Source: an uncultured Planctomycetota bacterium
Lineage (GTDB): Bacteria > Planctomycetota > Phycisphaerae > Tepidisphaerales > Tepidisphaeraceae
DNA length: 64,000 nt
NCBI GenBank assembly: GCA_963841915.1
Contig: CAWJEN010000006.1
Location: 608,001 to 672,000 of the forward strand
Direction of reading: 5' to 3'
Of this stretch, positions 29,884-39,483 are shown in pieces (position 1 is the first letter of the stretch; the number at the start of each line of letters is the position of its first letter). The notes beneath the pieces were generated by a model. The model was not told where the DNA came from. It saw only the letters and a program-made list of their open reading frames with translations, and searched no databases. Position numbers and translations under genes: made by a program.

Positions 29884-30468
29884 TCAGTAGCTCACCCGCG
29901 TCGCCCGCTCGACGGCGTCGATGACCCGACGGACGTGGAATGGTTTCAGCAGAAACGCGTCAAAACCCTGACGTGTGAGCTTGTCGGCAGAGGCTTCGTC
30001 AAGCCGATCGCTCATGGCCACGAGCTTCGTCAGCTGCAGATCGGGCTGGCTCTTGACGAGACTGACCACCGTCTCAGGCAAAACGTCGGCCAGATGCACA
30101 TTGAGAAACAGCACGTGCGGCCTGAACTGGGCTGCCATAACACCCGCTGCAAAGCCGGTGGCGGCGACTTCGACCTCATACCGGGCCTCGTCTTCGAGAA
30201 TTTTCTCCAGCACGTCGGTGATGTCCGGCTCGTCGTCAACGATGAGGACCCGTGTGTTGCCGGTCCGCAGCCCGTTGAGCGGGATGTTGTGCTCCTTCAT
30301 GAAGCGGACGAGCCCGTTGAGCGGGATGCGACGGTCCTTGGAGCCGGGGATTCGGTAGCCCTTGAGGCTGCCGGTGTCGAACCACTTGCTGACGGTGCGT
30401 GGTGCGACATTGCAAATTTTGGCGACTTCTCCGGTCGTCAGGACGTCTTTGGCTTTAAGTTCTTGCAT
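29884..30468 (-). CDS. Excisionase-type HTH (HTH_17) + receiver-domain regulator
   Basis: KDVLTTGEVAKICNVAPRTVSKWFD..GYRIPGSKDRRIP; VLIVDDE..KPF receiver; GGGAGA before ATG. Confidence 0.9.
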   Translation of the reverse strand: MQELKAKDVLTTGEVAKICNVAPRTVSKWFDTGSLKGYRIPGSKDRRIPLNGLVRFMKEHNIPLNGLRTGNTRVLIVDDEPDITDVLEKILEDEARYEVEVAATGFAAGVMAAQFRPHVLFLNVHLADVLPETVVSLVKSQPDLQLTKLVAMSDRLDEASADKLTRQGFDAFLLKPFHVRRVIDAVERATRVSY

Positions 30469-30691
30469 CGTGGTCTCCCGCCCCACCGACCGCCTCACCG
30501 CTTCGCGGCGGGGCTTCAGTGGATTCGGCTTAGGCATTTCTTCCGGCATTTTCGTTGATGCCGCGTCGGGCGGCAGGCTCGTTACGGCCGGAAGCTACGA
30601 CATGCCTCACGGTCGTGCGGAGCGTCGCAAGGTCCGATAGCACCGTTACAAGCTAACCTTTGCCGACACCGCCTTACCCAACTTGCCGATC

Positions 30692-32008
30692 ATGCACGTC
30701 CTGTTCGTTCACCCCAATTTTCCTGCCCAGTTCGGCCACGTGGCCACACACCTCGCCAGGGCAGAAGGATGGCGATGCACCTTTGTCAGCGAAACCCCAG
30801 CCGGCACGACGCAGCTGGGCGATCGCGGAGGCGTCCTGGAAAAGCTCCAATACAAGACGCGTAGCGGCGCGACGCGTTCCAATCATTTTTGCACGCGAAC
30901 GTTCGAGAACAGCGTCTGGCAGACTGACGGCGTCTATCACGCGTTGCTCGCCCGCCCAGACATCGAGCCGGACCTCATCGTCGGCCACAGCGGGTTCGGC
31001 AGCACGCTGTTCTTGCGAGAAATCTTCCCGCAGGTGCCGGTGGTGAACCTCTTCGAGTACTTCTATAGAGGTCACGACGTCGAGAGCGACATGACGTTTC
31101 GGCACGACCTGGGCTGGCCGGTAGAGCCGGAGAAGTTTCTGCGCAGCCGATGCCGGAACGCGATGATTCTCCTGGATCTGGACAACTGCCAGCTCGGCTA
31201 CTGCCCGACGCCGTTCCAGCAGTCGCGATTTCCTGAGGAGTATGCCGGCAAGCTTCGCGTGCTGTTCGACGGCATCGACACGACGCTTTGGAACGACGCA
31301 GGCGGTAACCTGCGGCACGACGGTGCGAGAACCGTGTGTGGCATCAACCTGCCGGCTGGGGCGAAAATCGTTACCTACTGCGCTCGAGGGTTCGAATCGA
31401 TGCGCGGCTTCGACTTGTTCATGAAGGCTGTTCGGCGGATCACCGAGCAACGGGACGACGTTCACGTCTTGATCTTCGGCACGGACCGCATCGCCTACGG
31501 CGGCGACGAGCAGCACACCGGCGGTAAGAGCTTCAAAAACTGGACGCTCGATCTCGACGACGTGCGCGGCTACGACGCGCAACGTGTGCACTTCCTTGAT
31601 CGACGACCGCCGAGTGATCTGGCACAGGCGTTTGCCTCAGCGGACGTGCACCTTTATCTCACGGTGCCGTTCGTGTTGAGCTGGAGTCTCATCAACGCGA
31701 TGGCCTGCGGCGCGGCCGTTGTTGCGAGCGACACGGCACCGGTCCGCGATGTTGTAACTCACGATGAGACAGGACGGCTCGTCGACTTCTTCGACCCGGC
31801 GGCGATGGCGGAGGAGACGCTGCGATTGCTTGAGGACACGACGGCAGCAAGACGGCTTGGCAGCAACGCCGTCGAACTCGTGCGAGGCAGATATGCCATG
31901 TCGGCCATCCTGCCGCAAATGACTCAAATGTACGACGAAGCCTCACGAATCACCCGAGGCTTGGAAGCACCGCGCCCACGACCCAAACCGGCCGTCTTTG
32001 CGGGTTGA
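30692..32008 (+). CDS. Glycosyltransferase family 4
   Basis: LFVHPNFPAQF, VGHSGFG, RGFESMRGF, YLTVPFVLSWSLINAMACG..SDTAPV. Confidence 0.9.
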   Translation: MHVLFVHPNFPAQFGHVATHLARAEGWRCTFVSETPAGTTQLGDRGGVLEKLQYKTRSGATRSNHFCTRTFENSVWQTDGVYHALLARPDIEPDLIVGHSGFGSTLFLREIFPQVPVVNLFEYFYRGHDVESDMTFRHDLGWPVEPEKFLRSRCRNAMILLDLDNCQLGYCPTPFQQSRFPEEYAGKLRVLFDGIDTTLWNDAGGNLRHDGARTVCGINLPAGAKIVTYCARGFESMRGFDLFMKAVRRITEQRDDVHVLIFGTDRIAYGGDEQHTGGKSFKNWTLDLDDVRGYDAQRVHFLDRRPPSDLAQAFASADVHLYLTVPFVLSWSLINAMACGAAVVASDTAPVRDVVTHDETGRLVDFFDPAAMAEETLRLLEDTTAARRLGSNAVELVRGRYAMSAILPQMTQMYDEASRITRGLEAPRPRPKPAVFAG

Positions 32009-32022
32009 GATGGAGCTGAAAG

Positions 32023-32093
32023 TGGAGCTACCGAGATTCGAACTCGGACTTTCTCGATGCGACCGAGATGTCCTCCCATTAGACTATAGCCCC
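32023..32093 (-). tRNA. tRNA-Ala(CGC)
   Basis: Cloverleaf GGGGCTA..TAGCTCC-A with G3:U70 alanine determinant, anticodon arm TCTCG-GT-CGC-AT-CGAGA, T-loop TTCGAAT; no encoded CCA. Confidence 0.92.
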
Positions 32094-32250
32094 AGGGGGC
32101 TACTAGCTTAGCCAGCCACGTACGACGATCAAGTCGTGCCCCACGGCCGGTGAAGACATCTTGCGACGACATATGGGTGCAATATTATGTGATTGGGGTT
32201 GATTCTGCTTCACCAATTGGTAGGGTCGCCTCATGGGACGCGCTAATAAT

Positions 32251-32736
32251 ATGATGTCGGCTCACGCTGCCAACGGCGAGGCATTTGCCTCGACTACAGG
32301 TGGCGAACTCAAGGGTCCGCTGCTCGATCTTCGCCAAGAAGAGCTCGGCCGACTTGGAGACTTGTTCCGCCTTCTCGGCGATCGGACGCGGCTCAGTATT
32401 CTTCAGGTACTCAGCGGTGGCGAGACCAATGTCGGAGCCTTGTGCAAGCTGCTCAAGCTGCCACAGCCGACGGTCAGCCACCATCTGGGCCTGCTTCGCG
32501 TGAGCGGCCTGATCGACAACCGCCGAGCTGGTAAGCAGGTGTTTTACCGCCTGAACGGCCGCATTTCACCCGCGGCGCTGCCGACGAACGACGTGCTCGC
32601 CAAGTCCAAGGGCGGCGAAGACCTTGTACCTGACCACTCCAAGCGGCACGTCGATGCCACCGGCATGCAGATCATCGGTGAAGGCTTTGCAGTGCAGATC
32701 GTCGAGCCGGGTGCTGATACGACGAGCCACAATTGA
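32251..32736 (+). CDS. ArsR/SmtB family transcriptional regulator
   Basis: LFRLLGDRTRLSIL..NVGAL..LPQPTVSHHLGLLR..RRAGKQVFYRL; start uncertain. Confidence 0.9.
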   Translation: MMSAHAANGEAFASTTGGELKGPLLDLRQEELGRLGDLFRLLGDRTRLSILQVLSGGETNVGALCKLLKLPQPTVSHHLGLLRVSGLIDNRRAGKQVFYRLNGRISPAALPTNDVLAKSKGGEDLVPDHSKRHVDATGMQIIGEGFAVQIVEPGADTTSHN

Positions 32737-32748
32737 GCGACCGCGGCG

Positions 32749-33762
32749 TCAGCCCGGTGAGGGCGTGGCGTCGAGTATTTCCTGAAGCACTTGTCTCCCT
32801 GCCTCGGCGTCGCCGTTGTGCAGGTACGTCCGTGTGATGACGCGGTGTCCGCAGGTCGCCAGGAACATCGCCTTGATGTCGTCGGGGACCACGTAGTCTC
32901 GGCCGTCCATCAAAGCCGCCGCCCGGCTGCCGCTGAGCAGGGCCAGCGAACCCCGCGGGCTGACGCCGAGGTGGAACCGTTCGTCCTCGCGGGTGCGGGC
33001 AACGAGGTCGAGCAGGTAATCGAGAACGCCGCCTTCGGTGCGGACGGCGAGCGTCGCCTGCTGCATTGCCACGACGTCCTGCGTCGACAGCACCGGCCGC
33101 AAGTTGTCGAGTGCGTCGTCGCCCGGCCGCTGAATGAGGATCCGTCGTTCTGTTTCGCGTCCAGGATAGCCGACGGCAATCTTGACGAGGAACCGGTCGA
33201 GTTGGTTCTCCGGCAAGACGTATGTGCCCTCGAACTCGAACGGGTTCTGCGTCGCGATGACCATGAAGGGCGGCGGCAGTGGACGCGTCGCATTCTCGAC
33301 GCTCACTTGCCCCTCGGCCATCGCCTCGAGCAGGGCCGACTGCGTTCGCGGCGTCGTGCGATTGACCTCGTCGGCCACGACGATGTTGGCGAAAATCGGG
33401 CCCGGCTTGAAATCGAACTCACCCGTTGACTGGTTGTAAACGCCAACGCCCAGCAGGTCGGCCGGCAGTAGATCGGGCGTGAGTTGAACGCGGCTGAAGA
33501 CGCCGTGAATGCTCTGCGCGAGTGCTTTGGCGAGCGTCGTCTTGCCAACACCCGGCACGTCTTCGACCAGCGCGTGGCCCCTGGCGAGCAAGGCGATGAT
33601 GAGCAGGTTGACCGCTTCGCTTTGACCGAGAAACACGTCGGCGATGTTGTCACGCAGCTTGTGCGCCAGTCGGGCCGCGTCGGCGGGTCGCATGGCGACG
33701 CGAGACGGAGCCGAATCGACAGAGCTCGACGTGGTGTTGGCTTCGTCGAGGGGTGCGTCCAT
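32749..33762 (-). CDS. MoxR-family AAA+ ATPase
   Basis: HALVEDVPGVGKT, QLTPDLLPAD, ADEVNRTTPRTQSALLEAM, ATQNPFEFEGTYVLPENQLDRF, GVSPRG. Confidence 0.93.
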   Translation of the reverse strand: MDAPLDEANTTSSSVDSAPSRVAMRPADAARLAHKLRDNIADVFLGQSEAVNLLIIALLARGHALVEDVPGVGKTTLAKALAQSIHGVFSRVQLTPDLLPADLLGVGVYNQSTGEFDFKPGPIFANIVVADEVNRTTPRTQSALLEAMAEGQVSVENATRPLPPPFMVIATQNPFEFEGTYVLPENQLDRFLVKIAVGYPGRETERRILIQRPGDDALDNLRPVLSTQDVVAMQQATLAVRTEGGVLDYLLDLVARTREDERFHLGVSPRGSLALLSGSRAAALMDGRDYVVPDDIKAMFLATCGHRVITRTYLHNGDAEAGRQVLQEILDATPSPG

Positions 33763-33827
33763 GAGCGGTGCGATCTATAAACGCGACAGGTGAGGCCGCG
33801 TCGTCTCAGGCGTACGCCGGATGAGTG

Positions 33828-34262
33828 TTACTCGAACTTCAGGACGCCCTTGCCGATGTCGTAGGCGTAGCCGACGATAATCAGCAGAGTGAAGATGAGC
33901 ATGCCGCTGAGCATGACGGTGCCCAGCCCGTTGTTGTACTCGTTGCTGGCAACGGCCTCGGCGAAGCTGCTGGCCCAGGGGTACAGCACGACGATCTCGA
34001 CGTCGAAGGCAACAAACAGGATGGCCACGAGGTAGAAGCGGACGTTAAACCGTCGGCGGGTGCTGCCGACCGGGGCCATGCCGCTTTCGTACGTCGTCTC
34101 CTTACCAGGGCCAGTGCGGCTGGGGCCGATGAAGAGGCTGATAGCCAGATTCGTGACGGCAAAGCCAACGGCGATGACGAGCAGCAAAGCGACCGGCAAC
34201 CAGCCCAGCCGCGGGTCGCCGCCGGTGACGGCAAGGTGCGAAATGATAGAAGTTCCGGTCAC
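33828..34262 (-). CDS. nuoA: NADH-quinone oxidoreductase subunit A
   Basis: KETTYESGM, FNVRFYLVAILFVAFDVEIVVLYPW. Confidence 0.94.
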   Translation of the reverse strand: MTGTSIISHLAVTGGDPRLGWLPVALLLVIAVGFAVTNLAISLFIGPSRTGPGKETTYESGMAPVGSTRRRFNVRFYLVAILFVAFDVEIVVLYPWASSFAEAVASNEYNNGLGTVMLSGMLIFTLLIIVGYAYDIGKGVLKFE

Positions 34263-34356
34263 GGCAGCAGCGTAGCAGCGACGGACGGCCGGGCCAATTC
34301 GCGTGCGTCAGGTAAAGCCGATTTTGCCGTTGCGCACGTCTTTGCGAGCACGTCGC

Positions 34357-34638
34357 CTACGCCCGCACGTCCACGTGCTTGAGCAAACCCGCCTTGTCGC
34401 GCGGTTCCTCTCGCGGCAGATCGGGAGAGAGCTTCGAGGCTGCGTCAGTCTCGACGAGAGGGGCGTCGGACGCGGTAGTCTCTTCGGCAACGTTTTCGGC
34501 TCGGCGACGTTGCTCGGTCTTGGCCGTCTGATCACGCTTGGCCACCTGCGTCGATGCCGCGGCACCGGTGAGCCCGCTCCGCGAAGCGTTCGCCGCTACG
34601 ACGTTGAAGTTGATCGGTAAGCCGTCCACCGCTTTCAT
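34357..34638 (-). CDS. Small hypothetical protein (C-terminal HVDVRA motif)
   Basis: 93-aa ORF with coding-like codon use filling the gap between genes. Confidence 0.55.
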   Translation of the reverse strand: MKAVDGLPINFNVVAANASRSGLTGAAASTQVAKRDQTAKTEQRRRAENVAEETTASDAPLVETDAASKLSPDLPREEPRDKAGLLKHVDVRA

Positions 34639-34696
34639 TCATCGGATGCTTTGTCGTAGCTCGCGAGTCGTCGCCAATTATCGGGCCTCCTCTCAG

Positions 34697-34731
34697 AATA
34701 AAAGCAGCCGGCCGCAAGGAAGCGGCCGGCT
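34697..34731 (-). terminator. Intrinsic terminator
   Basis: AGCCGGCCGC/GCGGCCGGCT stem followed by GCTTTTATT on the minus strand, after the SH3 gene. Confidence 0.75.
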
Positions 34732-34756
34732 TGCTGACTGTCTTCCCGTCACGCGG

Positions 34757-36274
34757 CTATTGAGCCGAGACGACGGCCGGCTCCGTCAGGTCCGGCCGAA
34801 CCATGCTCGGCGGTATGAGCTTGGAGGCGACGCTGCCGAAGACGTCGTCGGGGTTGACGAGATCGCTCGCTTTTACCTGAACGTACTTCAGCTTCATGAC
34901 GTCGTCAGTCGAGACGGTGCCACGGACGCCGACGAACTTGGTAATGCGACCGGCCAGAGCCACGGCCTCGTCACCGCTGGCGCGAACGTAGATGACCGTG
35001 CGTTTGCTGATCGGATCGACGAGGCGGAACAGCGTGTCGCCGCCACGGGTCTGCAGGCTGCTCGTCTGGAGTTCGCCGACAGCTTCGTAAACGGTGACGC
35101 GGCCCATCTCGACACGCTCTGCCAGCTCGGCCCGCTCGGCCTCGAGGGCGGTGCGACGGTCATCGACGCCAGCCCGCATGCGGCGGATCTCTTCAAGATC
35201 GGCGAGTGCCTCACGACGGATGGTGACGGTCCGTAGTCGGGCTTCGAGCAATGGCACCAGGTTCAGCGACGCCGGGTCGCCGGCTTCACCCGCGAGGGCG
35301 ATCAGCTCGGCGTAATCGGCCTCGAGTTCGGCGAGCGGTTGCTCGTGCAAGGGCAGCTCGGCCACCTCTTTGTACCGCGCGTCGATTGCCTCGAAACGGG
35401 CCATGACTTCACTCGTCGCAATCGCCGGCGGCTCGATGACAACGGTCGGCTCTTCGGGCAGCTCGACGTCCATCGGCTGATCGTCAATCGCAACCTCCGG
35501 CGTGTCGTCGATGACGATCTCCGGCTCGGCCTCAACCTCCGGCTCGTCGGCGACGACGGCTTGCGGCTCGGGCTCGACGGTCGTTTCGGCGATGGCCGGG
35601 ACGGCTTCCTTGGGCAGCTCGCTGACGTTCCAGCCGGTCGGCGTCTCGGTCACGCGGACCTCACGGCCTTTGCCCATTTCCGTGATCGGCACGTAGAAGA
35701 AGACCATCTTCGGCGGCTCGATGCGGTAGTGGTTTCCCTGCTCGCCAACGACGCGAACAATGTCACCAGCCCGAAGCCGTTGGGCTGTGGATCCGATGCC
35801 CTCGCTGAGCAGGCTGCCGACGCGGACGCTGAGACCGTCACTGACGCGGCCGGTTTGTGCACCTTCGCCGATGGTGCCGCGGACGTTGACGCGGCTCTTC
35901 GGTACGAGGCAGAAGGCATCTTCGGGTGGCAAGATGCGTAGGAAGTCGTCTTGTCGGGCGATGACGACGACTTCGGCACCGGCCGGCAGGGTGGCGACGG
36001 CCAACTCACCGGACGACGGGCCGCCCCGGACGATTGCGCCGCCTTCGCGGGCGACGCCCATGAACTGCCGCGGTGCCAGGAAGCTTTCGCCGACGGTCGC
36101 GGTGTCGTCGTCCGTTTGTGCCGAGGCTGGTGTGGCGTAGGCGAAGACGCCGGTCGCAAAGGCGCAGGCGGCCAGGCGAACGGCGAGCTTCGACCGCCTG
36201 CCGCGGAAGAGGCGGACCTGTCGCTGGACAGCGTGACGATCAGAATTGCGGTATTGGGTGGCGTTGCCGGCCAT
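34757..36274 (-). CDS. Exported SH3-domain protein with acidic linker and coiled coil
   Basis: Signal-like segment; two SH3b-like repeats (IVRGGPS..LPAGAEVVV..LRILPP; SVRVGS..LRAGDIVRVVGE..YRIEPP). Confidence 0.75.
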   Translation of the reverse strand: MAGNATQYRNSDRHAVQRQVRLFRGRRSKLAVRLAACAFATGVFAYATPASAQTDDDTATVGESFLAPRQFMGVAREGGAIVRGGPSSGELAVATLPAGAEVVVIARQDDFLRILPPEDAFCLVPKSRVNVRGTIGEGAQTGRVSDGLSVRVGSLLSEGIGSTAQRLRAGDIVRVVGEQGNHYRIEPPKMVFFYVPITEMGKGREVRVTETPTGWNVSELPKEAVPAIAETTVEPEPQAVVADEPEVEAEPEIVIDDTPEVAIDDQPMDVELPEEPTVVIEPPAIATSEVMARFEAIDARYKEVAELPLHEQPLAELEADYAELIALAGEAGDPASLNLVPLLEARLRTVTIRREALADLEEIRRMRAGVDDRRTALEAERAELAERVEMGRVTVYEAVGELQTSSLQTRGGDTLFRLVDPISKRTVIYVRASGDEAVALAGRITKFVGVRGTVSTDDVMKLKYVQVKASDLVNPDDVFGSVASKLIPPSMVRPDLTEPAVVSAQ

Positions 36275-36421
36275 GGTGCACGTTCCTTGCGCTTGAATCG
36301 AACGTGTCGGACTCCGCCGACACTGGGGTCAGATCATGCCGGAATTGACCGGCGAGGTCAAAGGGTGGGCCGATAAAAATTGCCGTCGGCGTCTGCTCGG
36401 GATGCTGCACCAGATGCCGAC

Positions 36422-36895
36422 TCACACGCCCGCCAGCAGCGCGTCTCGTTCCTTGAGCACGGTGTCGAGCATGCCGTTCACGAAGCGAAAGCTGTCTTTC
36501 GTCCCGAACTTCTTAGCAACTTCAATGGCTTCGTCGATGACGGCTTTGCCGGGTGTGGGCGTGTTGTTGAGCTCCCAGACGGCCAGCCGCAGGACGGCCC
36601 GGTCACTGGCGGCCATGCGGTGCGGCGGCCATTGCGGTGCCAGTCGCGTCAACATGTCATTGATCTGGTCCCATTGCTCCCAAACACCCTTGGCAGCGGC
36701 CACGGCACGGCGTCGGGCGTCGTGCAACTCCTTCGGGCCCCCCTTGAATTCAAGAGCGGTATGACCCGTCACGGCCTCGGCGTCTTCGTCTCGAAGGCGA
36801 CCTTCGGCGTCACACACAAAGACAAGCTGCATCGCCATCTCTCGGGCGAGGCGGGAACGCAGGCCGGTCTTGGTGATGTCAGGCGTTTCAGTCAC
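36422..36895 (-). CDS. nusB: Transcription antitermination factor NusB
   Basis: RLAREMAMQLVF, RMAASDRAVLRLAVWEL, VIDEAIEVAKKFG..FVNGMLD; follows ribH. Confidence 0.95.
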   Translation of the reverse strand: MTETPDITKTGLRSRLAREMAMQLVFVCDAEGRLRDEDAEAVTGHTALEFKGGPKELHDARRRAVAAAKGVWEQWDQINDMLTRLAPQWPPHRMAASDRAVLRLAVWELNNTPTPGKAVIDEAIEVAKKFGTKDSFRFVNGMLDTVLKERDALLAGV

Positions 36896-37379
36896 GGGCT
36901 GGTGAGCGTAGGGGTGATACGTCGGCAGTCAGGTCGCGTCGTAGGGCGATCATCTCCAAGGCTGCTCGGGCCGCCTCGCCGCCGGCGTCGCCATGCGCTC
37001 CGCCGGAGCGGTCCAGCGCCTGCTGCTCGGTTTCCACAGTCAATACACCGAAAATGCACGGCACGCCGGTTTGAAGCGACGCATCCATCAAGCCGCGGGC
37101 GCAATTGCCGGCCACGTACTCGAAGTGCGGCGTTTCTCCGCGGATGACACAACCGACGGCAATGATTGCGTCGTAGTCACCCGACATTGCCGCCCACTTG
37201 GCCGCGGTCGGTAGCTCGTACGCGCCGGGCACGTCGCGGCAGCGGGCGTCGGGCAGAACCGCTCGGATGCCCTCTGCAATGCGATCGACGACGTGCCGAT
37301 TCCAGCGGGTCGTCAGCACCAGCACCCGCACATCGGGCGGCGCGGTTGCATCCGTCGGCTTAGGGCGGTGGCGGCTCAC
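36888..37379 (-). CDS. ribH: 6,7-dimethyl-8-ribityllumazine synthase
   Basis: VPGAYELP, GCVIRGETPHFEYV, FGVLT. Confidence 0.95.
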   Translation of the reverse strand: MSRHRPKPTDATAPPDVRVLVLTTRWNRHVVDRIAEGIRAVLPDARCRDVPGAYELPTAAKWAAMSGDYDAIIAVGCVIRGETPHFEYVAGNCARGLMDASLQTGVPCIFGVLTVETEQQALDRSGGAHGDAGGEAARAALEMIALRRDLTADVSPLRSPARD

Positions 37380-37414
37380 ATCTACAAGGTAGTGCGTCGG
37401 CTCTATCCTGCAGC

Positions 37415-38509
37415 GTGCAAGTCGAGACCATCCGCATCACAGGCATCGGCGACGGCTACGACGTTTCGGTCGCCGACGGGCTGCTGCACACCATCGGCGA
37501 CGTCGCAAGGTCGGCGTGCCCGTCGGCCAAGTCGGCGGTGGTGGTGACGAACGACGCTGTCGGGCCGCTTTACCTGCCGAGCGTCGAAAAGTCGATGCAA
37601 TCGGCAGGTTTCGAGCCGATTGTCGTGGTGCTGCCGGACGGCGAGAGGCACAAGACGACGGAAGCGTTGCAAGCTGTCTACGACGCGGTGCTGCCGAGGC
37701 ACATCGAGCGGTCGACGCCACTGATTGGCCTCGGCGGTGGCGTGATGACCGATCTGGCGGGGTTCGCCGCGGCGACGCTGCTACGCGGTTTGCCATACGT
37801 CGCGGTGCCGACAAGCCTGCTGGCGATGGTCGATGCCAGCGTCGGCGGCAAGACGGGCGTCAACCACGCAGCAGGCAAGAATCTCGTCGGTGCCTTCTAC
37901 CCGGCGTCGGCGGTGGTCATCGACCCGACGACGCTCCGCACCCTGCCCGACCGCGAGCTGCGCGGCGGCTTGGCGGAATGCTTCAAGCACGACATCATCC
38001 GCGACGCCGAGCACTTGGCAATCATGGAGGCCGAGGCCGCGTCGTATCGCAGCGGCGACATCGGCACGCTCGGCCGACTTGTGGCACACAATGTCCGCAT
38101 CAAGGCAGGTGTCGTTGCGGCAGACCCGTTTGAGCAGGGCGAGCGGGCACATCTGAACCTCGGGCACACGTTCGGGCACGCGTTCGAGAAGACGACCGAC
38201 TACACGATGAGCCACGGCGAGGCGGTCGGTGTCGGCGTGGTGTGCGCCTGCCGGTTGGCGAAGCAGGTCGGGCTGATGAACGACGAAGCGCTGACTCGTG
38301 TCGAGCGGCTCGTCGTCGCATGCGGCCTGCCGATCGGTGGCGTCGCGGCGGAGGTCGAGGCGATCCTGGCGGTCATGCTCACTGACAAGAAGGTGCGCGG
38401 CGGCAAGGTGCGATTCGTCTTGCCCGTCGGTCTCGGCAACGCGACGGTGCGCGACGATATCGACCCGCAACTCGTCCGCGACGTCGTAGGCTCCGTCGTT
38501 GCCCGCTGA
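37415..38509 (+). CDS. aroB: 3-dehydroquinate synthase
   Basis: GGGVMTDLAGF, PTSLLAMVDASVGGKTGVN, LNLGHTFGHA, HGEAV, DKK. Confidence 0.96.
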   Translation: MQVETIRITGIGDGYDVSVADGLLHTIGDVARSACPSAKSAVVVTNDAVGPLYLPSVEKSMQSAGFEPIVVVLPDGERHKTTEALQAVYDAVLPRHIERSTPLIGLGGGVMTDLAGFAAATLLRGLPYVAVPTSLLAMVDASVGGKTGVNHAAGKNLVGAFYPASAVVIDPTTLRTLPDRELRGGLAECFKHDIIRDAEHLAIMEAEAASYRSGDIGTLGRLVAHNVRIKAGVVAADPFEQGERAHLNLGHTFGHAFEKTTDYTMSHGEAVGVGVVCACRLAKQVGLMNDEALTRVERLVVACGLPIGGVAAEVEAILAVMLTDKKVRGGKVRFVLPVGLGNATVRDDIDPQLVRDVVGSVVAR

Positions 38510-39353
38510 CGCACCACTAGGACTCATCGCGGGCGAAGGTGTGTTTCCGCACCTCGTCGCTCGCGGTGCAAGGGCGGCGGGGCGACGCGTCATTTGCGTC
38601 GGGTTCGAAGGAGTGGCCGACCCGTCGCTCGTGGGCGAAGTCGACGCATACCGCCGGGTGAGCCTGACGCGTCTGGCGAGTTGGGCTCGCTTCTTGAGGC
38701 GTCACGGCTGCAGCGAGGCCATCATGGTGGGCCGCGTCAAGAAGCAGGAGTTGCACCGCTCCAGCGGCCTGATGTGGGCGGTTCGGCAGGTGCCAGACTG
38801 GACGACGTTCTGGGCGTGGTGGACAAAGCTGCGTCACGACCGCACGAGCGATACCGTGTTACTCACGACGGCACGACTGCTTCAGGAACGAGGAATCACG
38901 CTCATCGACTCGACCCGCTACACGACCGATCAGATGGCGACGGTCGGCGTGATGTCGACCCGCCAACCGACGCCGCTCGAGCAGCAGGCCGTCGACCGCG
39001 GCTGGCACGTGGCAGGTCTTATCACGCGCGAAGACATCGGTCAGAGCGTGGCTGTGCGGAACAACGATGTGCTGGCGGTCGAGGCGACGGAAGGTACCGA
39101 CGCCATGATCCGCCGGGCGGGCGAGCACTGCCGTGACGGCGGCTGGACGCTCATCAAACGTGGCAACACCCGGGCCGACCCGCGGATGGACGTTCCGACG
39201 ATCGGCATGAACACGATCGAGCTGCTGAAGTCGTCGGGCGCAACGTGCCTCTGTGTCGAGGCGAAGCAGGTGATCTTCCTGGAGAAAGACAAGATTCTCG
39301 CCGCCGCAGACGCGGCGGGCATCTGCGTCGTCGGACGGATTGATGCGTCGTAG
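38499..39353 (+). CDS. lpxI: UDP-2,3-diacylglucosamine diphosphatase LpxI
   Basis: LGLIAGEGVFP, DIGQSVAV..AVEATEGTDAMIRRAG, DPRMDVPTIG. Confidence 0.88.
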   Translation: MPADAPLGLIAGEGVFPHLVARGARAAGRRVICVGFEGVADPSLVGEVDAYRRVSLTRLASWARFLRRHGCSEAIMVGRVKKQELHRSSGLMWAVRQVPDWTTFWAWWTKLRHDRTSDTVLLTTARLLQERGITLIDSTRYTTDQMATVGVMSTRQPTPLEQQAVDRGWHVAGLITREDIGQSVAVRNNDVLAVEATEGTDAMIRRAGEHCRDGGWTLIKRGNTRADPRMDVPTIGMNTIELLKSSGATCLCVEAKQVIFLEKDKILAAADAAGICVVGRIDAS

Positions 39354-39361
39354 GCCGATGC

Positions 39362-39414
39362 GTACCCCCGGCTGAAGATCAGTACCTTCGGCTGAAGATC
39401 AGTACCCCCGGCTG
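39362..39414. repeat. 20-bp tandem repeat (about 2.6 copies) duplicating the tRNA 3' end
   Basis: GTACCCCCGGCTGAAGATCA / GTACCTTCGGCTGAAGATCA / GTACCCCCGGCTG. Confidence 0.9.
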
Positions 39415-39475
39415 GATTCGAACCAGCAACCAAGCGATTATGAGTCGCCTGCTCTGACCATTGAGCTACAGGGGC
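39403..39475 (-). tRNA. tRNA-Ile2(CAT) (lysidine type; elongator Met less likely)
   Basis: GCCCCTGTAGCTCAATGGTCAGAGCAGGCGACTCATAATCGCTTGGTTGCTGGTTCGAATCCAGCCGGGGGTA; anticodon arm GGCGA-CT-CAT-AA-TCGCT as in Ile2 tRNAs. Confidence 0.9.
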
Positions 39476-39483
39476 GTCGCTCG

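Noticed and set aside
29884..30468. Phage excisionase marking a mobile element
   Set aside because: The HTH_17 domain is fused to a receiver domain, a chromosomal regulator architecture, and there is no integrase nearby
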